IMG/VR virus record: IMGVR_UViG_3300035198_000074 | Coordinates: 1 to 60,264 of that record | Length of the DNA: 60,264 nucleotides | Source: a virus | Lineage: Duplodnaviria; Caudoviricetes | Strand: one strand, 5' to 3' | Part shown: positions 27,899 through 36,964 of the stretch, in pieces | Position numbering within the stretch: position 1 is the stretch's first letter | Layout of the letters: the number at the start of each line of letters is the position of its first letter | The notes under the pieces: generated by a model | Told to the model about the DNA's origin: nothing | What the model saw: only the letters and a program-made list of their open reading frames with translations | The model's database searches: none | Program-made: the position numbers and the translations under genes

Positions 27899-30496
27899 TT
27901 AATAAATATAATAAATTGCTGGTACATAACTACTTCCATGACTTTCCCTAATATCCCTTACCCAATCCCCGAACTCGAAATCCCCTGCAACCTGTGGAGA
28001 AGGAGATGCGGAAGGAGACGGTGATGGTGATTTAGATGGAGAACGAGATGCCGACATGGATGGGGAGCGACTCGGACTCTCCGATGGACTCTTACTTGGC
28101 GATGCAGAAGGCGACATAGAAGGAGAGCAAGAAGGCGATGCAGAAGGTGATGCGGATGGACTCTTAGATGGAGATATAGATGGAGACAAGCTTGCAGACG
28201 GCGATAGACTTGGCGATATAGACGGCGATAGGCTTGGCGAGATGCTTGGACTTAGTGAAGGAGATGCGCTTGGCGAAATTGATGGCGATAAACTTGCCGA
28301 GGGAGATAGGCTGGGCGACTCCGAGGGAGATTCACTTGGAGAGATGCTTGGGCTAAGCGAGGCACTGGGGCTAAGTGATGGACTCTCACTGGGGCTAAGT
28401 GATGCAGAAGGACTAAGCGATGGGCTTGGCGAAGGTGAGAGCGATGGACTGGCAGATGGAGACATTGATGCCGATCCAGGAGTTTCTTCCGCTCCCCAAC
28501 TTCCCCAGGCTGGTTCTGGATCAAGATATTGTCGAACAAAATAATCATCAATACTATGTGTAATATAATAAGCATCAGTATAAAAATCTCCCCAAGCTAA
28601 ACATTTGCCACTTGCAAATGCTTTCACGGAAGCAATGGCAATAGAAGCGGGTGACGTAAAAAGACTGACTCCACCAGAAAAAATATCACAAAGAAAATTT
28701 GTGCCGTCTGACCAAATTTTAACCACAAGGTTGCTGTTAGCAGTAAGTACAGTTGCGGTGGTAGTCCATGCACTCCCTGTCCAAAAATGAAATGTGCCAC
28801 CTGTATCTTGGTATAGAACGGAAATCTTATTCGGATTAGTAGCAGCATTGGAATTATATCTCATAAAGTAAAATCTTCTCTTCGGCCCAGCAACGGCAGC
28901 GGTTCCTATTAAGTGAGCAACTGTATCTGAATCAAAAAGACCAACTATACTTTGATGACCTGCGGTTGTACCACCAATGTGTGTGTTCCACTTATTGATA
29001 GTAGCTTCAAATGCCCAATCGGCAAGAATAGCACCAGCAATTCCGCAATCGTCAGTACTATCTTCTGTAAGTGTATACTCTCCTGATCCATGTGATAAAG
29101 CACCTGTTCCAGATACAGCTTCCGTAAAACTGCCAGCAACCCCGTCATCACCCTTTATAAAAGTATTTATAATATTTGAAACAGAGGTTGCGTCTGCCTT
29201 TCCATAATACATATAGAAAGTCGTTGCACCTGTTCCAATGGAATCAAATTCAATGAAGAATTTTGCTATGGGTCTCTCGCTGGTAGCTTGTCCAATAAGT
29301 GGATAACCTGTACTTGCATACCCAGAATAAAAAAGAGTAAACTGCTTATTTGCATCAACTACAATATTCTTTAATGCATCTGTAAGAGGACTACTCCTAT
29401 AAATATGTAATGCTTCCCAAGACCAATCTGCATTTCGAGCTAATACCTTACCCTGATATATCCACGTCTTCTTATCAGTACAAGTAAATAGAGCAAGTTC
29501 AAAATTCACAGAAGCAACTATCTCACGAACACAATACATATAGTAAATGCCATTGTAGAGCGAAACATGTACATGGCCTAAACCACTTTTAAAATCGCTG
29601 TCTTCAGCTGGGTAAGCGATTGGATTCCCCCCATCTCTGGTAAAGTTCTCAACAACATTGGTTGTATTATTCCAAGTAAAAGTAGCTAATAAAAGTTTTC
29701 CTCTATTATTTCCTAAAAATGTTGTTCCTCCCGCAGCCCCCGTCACATACCAGAGATAAAAAACTCCACCTTCATAAGTAAGACTTGGTTGATAACAATT
29801 CCTTTCATTTGTATCTGAATACTTCTCATAAGAAGCCGTACCATCAACCAAGACTCCCAATTTTGTCCAACTCTTTCCATCAGACGAATAGGCCAAACCA
29901 ACTGTCGTATTATTATGCAGCGGTTCTTTGCCTGCTCCAGATTTCGACCCAGCATAGGCAATGAACCACTTTGAATAATCAGAAACGTAAACCATGGATG
30001 GATCGGCGCAATGGTACTCATCCCATTCACCAGTACCACCCAAAGAAATGACAGGATTTGTAATTCCAGTCTCCACCCATGTTATCCCATCATTACTTCG
30101 AACTATACAGGGAGTTTCACTTGCATCAGGCGGATATGGAGTATAAACCATCCAATATTTATAACCATCTACCGCAGAATCAAAGTAGAGTACATCTGGA
30201 TGAACAACCCCATTTGCACCCTGCAATGGCAAAGTCAATGGATTGAATCTATATTTTAGAAACGATTTACCAAATAATGAATAACTTTTGAGAAAATAAT
30301 CCAGAAGAGTTTCACCATCAGCCTTTGTAAATCGAAGATCACCAAAATCAGCAAGGCAGTGGTCATTGCAATCAACATCCGCACCGGCATCTGCATTCTT
30401 ACCAACCAGCAATTTCATCTGGTAATTGGTGACAGCACCAGAGGCACGACTTAATGTAATACTCTTACGATATGCCCAACCAGTTAACCACGCCAT
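27899..30496 (-). CDS. DUF2341 / glycoside-hydrolase-like 5-bladed propeller / (SPSX)n appendage protein
   Basis: W.YRK.IT, DFGDLRF and YMYYG (DUF2341); HPDV, SNDGITW and SSDGKSW Asp-box blades; ~160-aa SP tract; WVRDIR tail. Confidence 0.7.
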   Translation of the reverse strand: MAWLTGWAYRKSITLSRASGAVTNYQMKLLVGKNADAGADVDCNDHCLADFGDLRFTKADGETLLDYFLKSYSLFGKSFLKYRFNPLTLPLQGANGVVHPDVLYFDSAVDGYKYWMVYTPYPPDASETPCIVRSNDGITWVETGITNPVISLGGTGEWDEYHCADPSMVYVSDYSKWFIAYAGSKSGAGKEPLHNNTTVGLAYSSDGKSWTKLGVLVDGTASYEKYSDTNERNCYQPSLTYEGGVFYLWYVTGAAGGTTFLGNNRGKLLLATFTWNNTTNVVENFTRDGGNPIAYPAEDSDFKSGLGHVHVSLYNGIYYMYCVREIVASVNFELALFTCTDKKTWIYQGKVLARNADWSWEALHIYRSSPLTDALKNIVVDANKQFTLFYSGYASTGYPLIGQATSERPIAKFFIEFDSIGTGATTFYMYYGKADATSVSNIINTFIKGDDGVAGSFTEAVSGTGALSHGSGEYTLTEDSTDDCGIAGAILADWAFEATINKWNTHIGGTTAGHQSIVGLFDSDTVAHLIGTAAVAGPKRRFYFMRYNSNAATNPNKISVLYQDTGGTFHFWTGSAWTTTATVLTANSNLVVKIWSDGTNFLCDIFSGGVSLFTSPASIAIASVKAFASGKCLAWGDFYTDAYYITHSIDDYFVRQYLDPEPAWGSWGAEETPGSASMSPSASPSLSPSPSPSLSPSASLSPSESPSLSPSASLSPSISPSESPSESPSLSPSASLSPSISPSASPSLSPSISPSLSPSISPSLSPSASLSPSISPSKSPSASPSASPSCSPSMSPSASPSKSPSESPSRSPSMSASRSPSKSPSPSPSASPSPQVAGDFEFGDWVRDIRESHGSSYVPAIYYIY

Positions 30497-30497
30497 T

Positions 30498-31418
30498 TTA
30501 GTATCCTATCCCCGACCCTGACCGTATCGTAAAAGTCTTATCAGGTTTATTGAGTAATATTCCCTTCCGCTTGGCATTGCGCTTTGCTTCCTCAAATAAT
30601 CCACGATGGTATTCTGCCTTTTGAGGAAAGTAGGTATACTTATCGGGCTTGAGGAAGGCACGTTTGGCAATCCCATCTACCAAGTCATCTATTAAGTCTT
30701 CCTGGATGTCAGTTATTTCTGTCAAGGAAGTAATATCAGATACGGCGAATCTTGCAGTAGGCAATCTGCTAACCGTCATAAGCAACGTATCTCGCACCTT
30801 GCGCAATATGGCGTTGGTATTTGCTTCACAGACAAGCGCATCAGTTACTGTAATCGAGGTTGTGCCTTCAGTGGCTACTGTGTAGTAGCCGTCATTACTT
30901 GTTGTGCCAGACACGTAGAACTCATCACCCACTGCGAAGTCCGAGAAGTCTCCCCCAACCTGGGAAATGGTTACGCCATTAAAAGTAATGTTAGAAGCCC
31001 CTGTTACCTCGCCTTCATCGTCAAACTTTGGGTAAATGGATAAGTAGCCAGAATACGCCCCTGGACAGAAGCGAGAAGGTATCCCTGTCGTGCTGCGCCA
31101 ATCAGAGATAGTTTTATCGAGGACGGATTCAGTTGTCCGTAGTAATGGACCAAATGAAGAGTTAGTCTCCAGTCTTGCGTCATGCACACTGATGACACGT
31201 GAATCGAGGGCATAAACGCCTACATTGCTTATAAGCTTGATAGTGCGTATCGCCTCAGTTGTCTGATCCCTGATTGGTAAAGCGGACTTTACCAGTTCAT
31301 TGATAGCACGATTTAGAAGGTGGATAAGCTCCGTATTGCTCCATAAATATTTCTGGCTATCTGTATCATCCAACACCTCTTCCCTTGTCCAATTTATTAC
31401 ATCAGCTACGGTTGACAT
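30498..31418 (-). CDS. head-tail adaptor-like protein with inserted beta domain
   Basis: LDD...YLWSNTELIHLLNRA, GVYALD, G.PS, AFLKPD. Confidence 0.6.
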   Translation of the reverse strand: MSTVADVINWTREEVLDDTDSQKYLWSNTELIHLLNRAINELVKSALPIRDQTTEAIRTIKLISNVGVYALDSRVISVHDARLETNSSFGPLLRTTESVLDKTISDWRSTTGIPSRFCPGAYSGYLSIYPKFDDEGEVTGASNITFNGVTISQVGGDFSDFAVGDEFYVSGTTSNDGYYTVATEGTTSITVTDALVCEANTNAILRKVRDTLLMTVSRLPTARFAVSDITSLTEITDIQEDLIDDLVDGIAKRAFLKPDKYTYFPQKAEYHRGLFEEAKRNAKRKGILLNKPDKTFTIRSGSGIGY

Positions 31419-31668
31419 TTTCTTCCTCCATGTATCTATATTCCTTTAAATTTAGCTCTTCCTCCATTTGCTTGTATTGCTTCAATTTCTCGTGCATAGC
31501 CTTCGTCATGGCCATCGCTTCTCGACACTTCAACTTCAATCCTGCATCATCAGTCATATGGTAAATGTCCCGCAACGTTTGACAGATGGAATGATGCCCT
31601 TCCCACCTCGTCTTATCCATTTCCTCTAATGGAGCAGGTTCACGCTTGGGGAGATGCTTAAATCCCAT
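31402..31668 (-). CDS. small helical protein, paralogue A
   Basis: CQTLRDIYHMTD...KCREAMAMTKAM. Confidence 0.7.
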   Translation of the reverse strand: MGFKHLPKREPAPLEEMDKTRWEGHHSICQTLRDIYHMTDDAGLKLKCREAMAMTKAMHEKLKQYKQMEEELNLKEYRYMEEENVNRS

Positions 31669-31891
31669 CCTGATACTCTGGTTTGCCGAGTCCATATTTC
31701 TCCTTGTATTTTGACAACTTCTCACACATAGCTTTCCCCATAGCCATCGCCAGACGACACTTAAGTCTTATTTCCTGGTTATCTGTCATATGATACATAT
31801 CACGTATCGTTTGACACAAGGTATTTTCCCCTTCGTAAATCTTGCGATCCATGACCCTTTCTGGCACAGGGTCTCTACGTTTGTAGGGCAT
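31658..31891 (-). CDS. small helical protein, paralogue B
   Basis: CQTIRDMYHMTD...KCRLAMAMGKAM. Confidence 0.7.
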   Translation of the reverse strand: MPYKRRDPVPERVMDRKIYEGENTLCQTIRDMYHMTDNQEIRLKCRLAMAMGKAMCEKLSKYKEKYGLGKPEYQDGI

Positions 31892-33632
31892 TTGCTGCCT
31901 CCTTCAGCCATTCATTAAAACGCCCCTTACATCTTCCCCAAAATGGAATCTCATCTGCCATAGTCCAATCCACCACCTGACCTCGGTAGCCACTTGGGTC
32001 AAAAATGTTGCGAGTTAGGGCATCCCCATGGCGAATATCAACATAGGGAATTTCAGACATCCATGTGTCAAAACCATGAGGAGTTAATTGCCTGTATTCT
32101 TCCCTGCAATGCCCGCCTGGTTCAAAGTGCCTGCGTCCTCCTATCACTCCTTGCTCAATTAATCTTACCCTATTGCGGTAATATTCAATAAGAATATCTC
32201 GGTATGCACACAATCCCGACACCTGCTTAGCTTTAAAATGGAGCGCTTGACCATCTCCTGCCCTCACTTTCCACCAATTGAGGTTATAATAGAATGTATC
32301 CTTTCTTGGAGGCGTAAATTCAAAATGGCACTTCGGGTAGAGGATGTCGTGTTCGACCATAAATGCAATGTCAGTATCAAGCGCCTCCAATCCAGCCAAC
32401 TGTTGCTTAGCCATGGTAAGGTATCCCCTCTTCATATTTAATACTATATTTTCGCCAAAATTGATAGGGGATAAGGAGACAGTAATAAGTCTATACCCAT
32501 TTGAGGAAGCAAGTAACTTTGTTTTCACAGCTTCAAAAATCGTAGGATCAATCCTGTTATCTGTGTAAAAACACAAGCCTTTTGTGGGATGGGATGCACC
32601 TTTTGGCACAGGAGGAGGGATGCTTTTCCTTGATTCCATGCTATATGGCACAAATGACTTACTGGCCTCCCGCAACTGTCGCCTGTCTTCTTCCGACCAT
32701 CGTGGCACAGGCCAAAATTTGTCAATAAGCCAAATAAGTGGGTATTTTTGGTGAGGCCATTTATTGCCAAAGAATATTTCCCTGGCCCGCTTCTTGGCGA
32801 ACTCAACCTGTTTACCAGAGAGTGTATAAGGAAACCCAAAATCTCCCCCTTGTGTCCTAAACATATGGGCATACCAGGTATTGTGATTACATACAACTCT
32901 ACCCCCTGATAGCCATGTTTTTACTGCTACCTCTATCCCCTGGCTTCCCCATGATCCAAAATCCTCATCACACAAATTAAGCTCCCAAAATTTATCTCTG
33001 GTTACCATGAAAAAGGAACCCTGAAGCGACATTGTTTCGGTGAGTTGCTTCTTCCTTGCTTCTGGACGGGACTTAAACTCCCGAAAATATTGAAAATGGG
33101 GTTCTGGGTCGAAGCAGTAGGAAGTAGATTGAGGGTTAGTTTTGGCGATCCAGCATATATCCATGGTGGTGGCCTTACCGCATAATATCTCCTGCCCACT
33201 TTTATCTTTCCCTATTACCTCTCTGCATGGCCCTGATGGACTCTGGTAACGTCTATGGCCATCTGGGCATACCCAATCAAATGCATGCAGATTGCGCATT
33301 ACTGGCACCATAGTCCAGTCATCCTGCATATCTTTCATTAACTTAACATCGAACCCTTCATCGAAGGCGCAATGGGCGTCAACTTTTGCGATATACTTGG
33401 CCTTAGATAGCTTAACGCATTCGTTGGTAATTGCCCTTTGCCCAATGGGGGTACTATGATAAATCATGTGGACTAAGGGATGATCGTTAATTGGCGGGTC
33501 AGGCCAATTGCCATCACACCCTATGATTATCTCAGTATTCCCCCTGATATTCTTGAGTAAATCCTCCACGGTGCGGGCAAGAAATACCTCATTTCTCGCA
33601 GGAATGCAGATACTCAAATCAACCTTTGCCAT
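31875..33632 (-). CDS. two-domain GT-A glycosyltransferase (GT2-like plus a second GT domain)
   Basis: LSICIPARNE, KVDAH (as in ppGalNAc-T-like DxH), WGSQGIE..KTWLSGG; C-domain with EHDILY. Confidence 0.85.
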   Translation of the reverse strand: MAKVDLSICIPARNEVFLARTVEDLLKNIRGNTEIIIGCDGNWPDPPINDHPLVHMIYHSTPIGQRAITNECVKLSKAKYIAKVDAHCAFDEGFDVKLMKDMQDDWTMVPVMRNLHAFDWVCPDGHRRYQSPSGPCREVIGKDKSGQEILCGKATTMDICWIAKTNPQSTSYCFDPEPHFQYFREFKSRPEARKKQLTETMSLQGSFFMVTRDKFWELNLCDEDFGSWGSQGIEVAVKTWLSGGRVVCNHNTWYAHMFRTQGGDFGFPYTLSGKQVEFAKKRAREIFFGNKWPHQKYPLIWLIDKFWPVPRWSEEDRRQLREASKSFVPYSMESRKSIPPPVPKGASHPTKGLCFYTDNRIDPTIFEAVKTKLLASSNGYRLITVSLSPINFGENIVLNMKRGYLTMAKQQLAGLEALDTDIAFMVEHDILYPKCHFEFTPPRKDTFYYNLNWWKVRAGDGQALHFKAKQVSGLCAYRDILIEYYRNRVRLIEQGVIGGRRHFEPGGHCREEYRQLTPHGFDTWMSEIPYVDIRHGDALTRNIFDPSGYRGQVVDWTMADEIPFWGRCKGRFNEWLKEAANALQT

Positions 33633-33653
33633 CTATCCCTCACTAAATTTTAC

Positions 33654-33681
33654 TTGACAAATTAGAACTATATGCTATATT
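33654..33681 (+). promoter_or_regulatory. sigma70-type promoter of the Tad2 moron
   Basis: TTGACA-16 nt-TATATT with extended TG. Confidence 0.6.
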
Positions 33682-33705
33682 TCCCATATCAAATATCCGC
33701 TATGA

Positions 33706-33759
33706 AAGGAGTCAATAATGTCAGACAACGATAAGGAGTCAATAATGCCAGACAACGAT
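33706..33759 (+). repeat. 27-bp tandem duplication of RBS plus start codon
   Basis: AAGGAGTCAATAATG(T/C)CAGACAACGAT twice. Confidence 0.9.
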
Positions 33760-34017
33760 TATTATAAACTTGAAGTATCACCTACGCATCCAACTACCCC
33801 AATACTTAATAACTTTGGGATTGCCATGGACCGAATTCTAAGCGGCTTTGTCATGCGAAGGTTATCATGGCCCGACGATGGAACTGTAGTAGCCATGCAT
33901 AATGACATATTGTCCATATTCATCCCAACCGATAAACAGTGGCATCCCCTTATGGTATCCATCGCTGACATAGCTGGGGAAGACTGGGTAACTGCATCAC
34001 CCCCAAGAGTTAATTAA
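33718..34017 (+). CDS. DUF2829 / Tad2-family putative anti-defence nucleotide sponge
   Basis: NF..AM..I..G..MRR.SW...S.ADI.GEDW pattern. Confidence 0.65.
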   Translation: MSDNDKESIMPDNDYYKLEVSPTHPTTPILNNFGIAMDRILSGFVMRRLSWPDDGTVVAMHNDILSIFIPTDKQWHPLMVSIADIAGEDWVTASPPRVN

Positions 34018-34733
34018 GGTTGAGCCAAACTTAATTTATGAAATAGTCCAAATGGATTGTTGTCTCCATCTGTCCTGAATTTACTCACAGGATAACAATA
34101 AATCTTAGGGCCTATTACTTGCTCTTTTGCCTTTCCCAACCTTACCAATCTATCAAAACTACCATTGAATTGCCCTTCTTCAGAAATAAATCTTCCTCCC
34201 ATATGAAATCCTTGCTCACAGAAGCGCACATCGTAGCCCCCGATAGCATTGAAAACTGCCTTGCGGATTAAGTAAGTGTTGCCATGAAAACCTCCACAAA
34301 GGTGTCCTCTTCTGGTACGCACTCGTGCAGGATTTAGTCCAAATTCCAGCATAGACTTCTCATCGCATACGATATCCCCATTTTCATCGAGAATCCCGTA
34401 GTAGCGTGGAAATACCATCTTATCAGAAGTAAATGTTAGGGAAGCGTCTATTGCCTCTTGTGTGATGATGTGGTCAATATCAGTAAAAAATAGGTATTCC
34501 CCTTTGGCGTTGGTTGCACCGAGGTTGCGTGCCAATCCCTGTGTCCAGGGACGCTTATCGTGAGTATAGTAGAAGGTTAGATTCCGCATCTCGCCAGTAA
34601 GTGGTGGCTCACTCCCGTCATCCACGAAAATAAACTCCACCGAATCGGGCAAATCCATTTTCTTGAAATGTGCAATCTGTCTTCGCACAACTTCATGACT
34701 ATCCAGAATTGCGATAACAATGGATATCTTCAT
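34014..34733 (-). CDS. GT2-family glycosyltransferase
   Basis: ISIVIA, FVDDGS, ARNLGA..AKGEYLFFTDID, IGGYD..F. Confidence 0.9.
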   Translation of the reverse strand: MKISIVIAILDSHEVVRRQIAHFKKMDLPDSVEFIFVDDGSEPPLTGEMRNLTFYYTHDKRPWTQGLARNLGATNAKGEYLFFTDIDHIITQEAIDASLTFTSDKMVFPRYYGILDENGDIVCDEKSMLEFGLNPARVRTRRGHLCGGFHGNTYLIRKAVFNAIGGYDVRFCEQGFHMGGRFISEEGQFNGSFDRLVRLGKAKEQVIGPKIYCYPVSKFRTDGDNNPFGLFHKLSLAQP

Positions 34734-35404
34734 CTATACCTCACAAGTGTCAGGTAGGGTAATTTGAAGTCATGATGATGCTCGGTGGGGATTACCTTTA
34801 CCATACAATTGTGCTTAAATAGTACATAGGGAAAGGACAATTGATCCACTGAGTGATACCTTGACGTATGATACCACCAGTCTTTAAGCATTACCCGATT
34901 CTTCTCAATATTGCGGTAAACGAAGGCAGTAGAGGCGTAGAGTTTATCGTCCACGTACTCCTTATCGCTAAAAATTTCTGATAACTGATCATCTATCAAT
35001 TCATTGTCATATCTAAGGGTTACGTATTGATCCATGCCTGGATTTTTGCGCTCCTTTTGCAATCTCTGCTTGAGATATATCGCCTCCTCCCTGATGGAGT
35101 TTCGTATGGGGTGCTTCAGGACAGCAATATCCACTCCACTGCATTGCTCTACGAACCATTTCACTGAGTCAATATGCTGTAGTGAAAAGGAAGCATCTAT
35201 CCATATATAATAGTCGTAGCCTGGCACCATCTGCCATGCGAACATTTTTGGGATACGTGCCTGCAGTCGTGGTGTCATGGAACAATGCCGTAGTGGGAAA
35301 TTAGCATCTGTGAAAATGTGGAAATCATAGGGGATACTTTGCGGAACGTAGGGCACAAGTTTGTCGAAATCTCCCATGTTGGCAGTAACCACTGCGATTC
35401 GCAT
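34730..35404 (-). CDS. DUF616 (TOD1/MUCI70-like) glycosyltransferase
   Basis: VVTA.MGDFD, FTD, AR.PK, YDYYIWIDAS, HP.R, DQLSFPYV. Confidence 0.75.
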   Translation of the reverse strand: MRIAVVTANMGDFDKLVPYVPQSIPYDFHIFTDANFPLRHCSMTPRLQARIPKMFAWQMVPGYDYYIWIDASFSLQHIDSVKWFVEQCSGVDIAVLKHPIRNSIREEAIYLKQRLQKERKNPGMDQYVTLRYDNELIDDQLSEIFSDKEYVDDKLYASTAFVYRNIEKNRVMLKDWWYHTSRYHSVDQLSFPYVLFKHNCMVKVIPTEHHHDFKLPYLTLVRYR

Positions 35405-35712
35405 TATCCTCTCCGTCCTGGCATTACGCATCCTGGTTTACCAGCTTCCCACCAGGGAGTCAATGGATACACCTTCCGCCCCCATCCTCTACCTTCATGC
35501 ATAGTAATTCTTTTTGCCATAGATTTAGACATGGTTGTAGCTATTCGCAATAAACGCCTTATTTCAACTAAATCTACATTTTCCTCTTTGGTCAATTGGT
35601 AAATATGTCGTAAAACCTCGCATGGAGAAAGTAGGCGATATGACCCATGCATCAATTCTTCTTTCTCTGGCTCACAATGAAACCAGTCAGTAGGGTATCT
35701 ATTTTCCTCCAT
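35404..35712 (-). CDS. small helical protein, paralogue C
   Basis: CEVLRHIYQLT...LRIATTMSKSM. Confidence 0.6.
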   Translation of the reverse strand: MEENRYPTDWFHCEPEKEELMHGSYRLLSPCEVLRHIYQLTKEENVDLVEIRRLLRIATTMSKSMAKRITMHEGRGWGRKVYPLTPWWEAGKPGCVMPGRRG

Positions 35713-36373
35713 TCCAGTATTGCTCCCACAATTCTGTCGCCTTTCCCCAATAAGGCAATTCTCGCTTTATCTTATCTTTTCTACGAATAATTCTTACTCC
35801 TCCTACGCTGGGACGATGGTTAAAAACAATAGTAGGAGTTCGAGTCTGAAATCTCTCAATTCCCACTATAGGCAATCCAAGTTGCTCCTCAAATCTTCCA
35901 GGCTCCCCAAACCCAATAAGTTCTCCCTTTTCCCTACTAAGGGGATTGGGAAATTTCTTGAAACGTGTTTCAAGAGTATCTACCATTAGCTCAGTTGAGG
36001 CAATGCACATAGACATATTTGCCCTATTGCGCCAGAAAAATAGGTCTCGATTGGCATTCCATCTATTAACATTATAGGAGAAGGTTCCATCAGGGGGGCG
36101 GTGTCGGAAATGCTCCTCATTATAGAGTGCATCGTCCTCGCAACATGCTACATACTTGGTTTTTGCCTCTATTGCCCCAATAAGCACCTGCTTATAGATA
36201 TTGTAGATGGATGCCCCAATGTCGCCTACACAGATATTGTAGCCAAAGTCGAGTGGCTTCTGGGAGACAGAGATAATGGGAAGACCGAAGGAGAGCAGGG
36301 ACTGCCTGATGTTATTAGCAAATTTCTCATCCACTAAGTTGGCAGTATAGTAAATGAGGGTTAAGTCCGTCAT
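35699..36373 (-). CDS. GT-A glycosyltransferase, paralogue of the C-domain of 31875-33632
   Basis: YYTAN, ISVS.KP.DFG.NI, EDDALY..HF, EPG, LPYWG. Confidence 0.7.
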   Translation of the reverse strand: MTDLTLIYYTANLVDEKFANNIRQSLLSFGLPIISVSQKPLDFGYNICVGDIGASIYNIYKQVLIGAIEAKTKYVACCEDDALYNEEHFRHRPPDGTFSYNVNRWNANRDLFFWRNRANMSMCIASTELMVDTLETRFKKFPNPLSREKGELIGFGEPGRFEEQLGLPIVGIERFQTRTPTIVFNHRPSVGGVRIIRRKDKIKRELPYWGKATELWEQYWNGGK

Positions 36374-36963
36374 GGCTTCACCCAGAAAAAGCTATGTAAT
36401 TCATCCTGTGTAATGTACCACTCAAGTATCGAATGCCCTCGTGTATACCCCTCAACCGCTGGCACTACTCCGCAACCATGCAAATTGGTATAGTCATGCC
36501 CCGACACTATTCCTCCCCTTCTTACCTTCTTGCTCCATCCAATAATGTCCATCATGACATTGTCAAAGTCATGCATAGCATCAATATAGACAAAATCAAG
36601 CGATTCATCCTCGAAGTCGGCCAGCGCCTCCATGCTTGGCTTTCTTATCAGAGTAGCACCAAGCGGAGTAAGTACCTTATTAGCTCTTCTAAATACTCTC
36701 TCCTGTCGAATAGGTCCTATTCTGCCATAAGGTGCCCATGAGTCGATGCAAAACATCTTAACCCCTGGATTCTTACGAATTATCATCTCTGAATACTCTC
36801 CCCACCTAACTCCTATTTCTGCCCCTACCTTGAACCCAGCTTCAGCAAACAATTCCGCAAGATTTTCACGGGTACTTTTCAACCATCCCGCATAAGGGAT
36901 AGTCGATATACCCTTTACTCTGAATTTTGCCTTAATATAGGCATTTAGTTCGGATGCGTTCAT
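36370..36963 (-). CDS. class I SAM methyltransferase (Methyltransf_24-like)
   Basis: GAEIGV..G, IDSW, SLDFVYIDAMH, GGIVSGHDY. Confidence 0.85.
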   Translation of the reverse strand: MNASELNAYIKAKFRVKGISTIPYAGWLKSTRENLAELFAEAGFKVGAEIGVRWGEYSEMIIRKNPGVKMFCIDSWAPYGRIGPIRQERVFRRANKVLTPLGATLIRKPSMEALADFEDESLDFVYIDAMHDFDNVMMDIIGWSKKVRRGGIVSGHDYTNLHGCGVVPAVEGYTRGHSILEWYITQDELHSFFWVKP

Positions 36964-36964
36964 T

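Noticed and set aside
23856-28480. SP tracts as RNA polymerase II CTD mimics or kinase substrates
   Set aside because: There is no YSPTSPS heptad, the period is 4, no kinase is encoded, and the genes are in a bacteriophage structural module.
24292-28544. Long + strand ORFs rich in G/D/E/L (24292-25113, 26166-27047, 28056-28544)
   Set aside because: They are antisense shadows of the SP tracts: no RBS, opposite to the operon, and they end where the repeats end.
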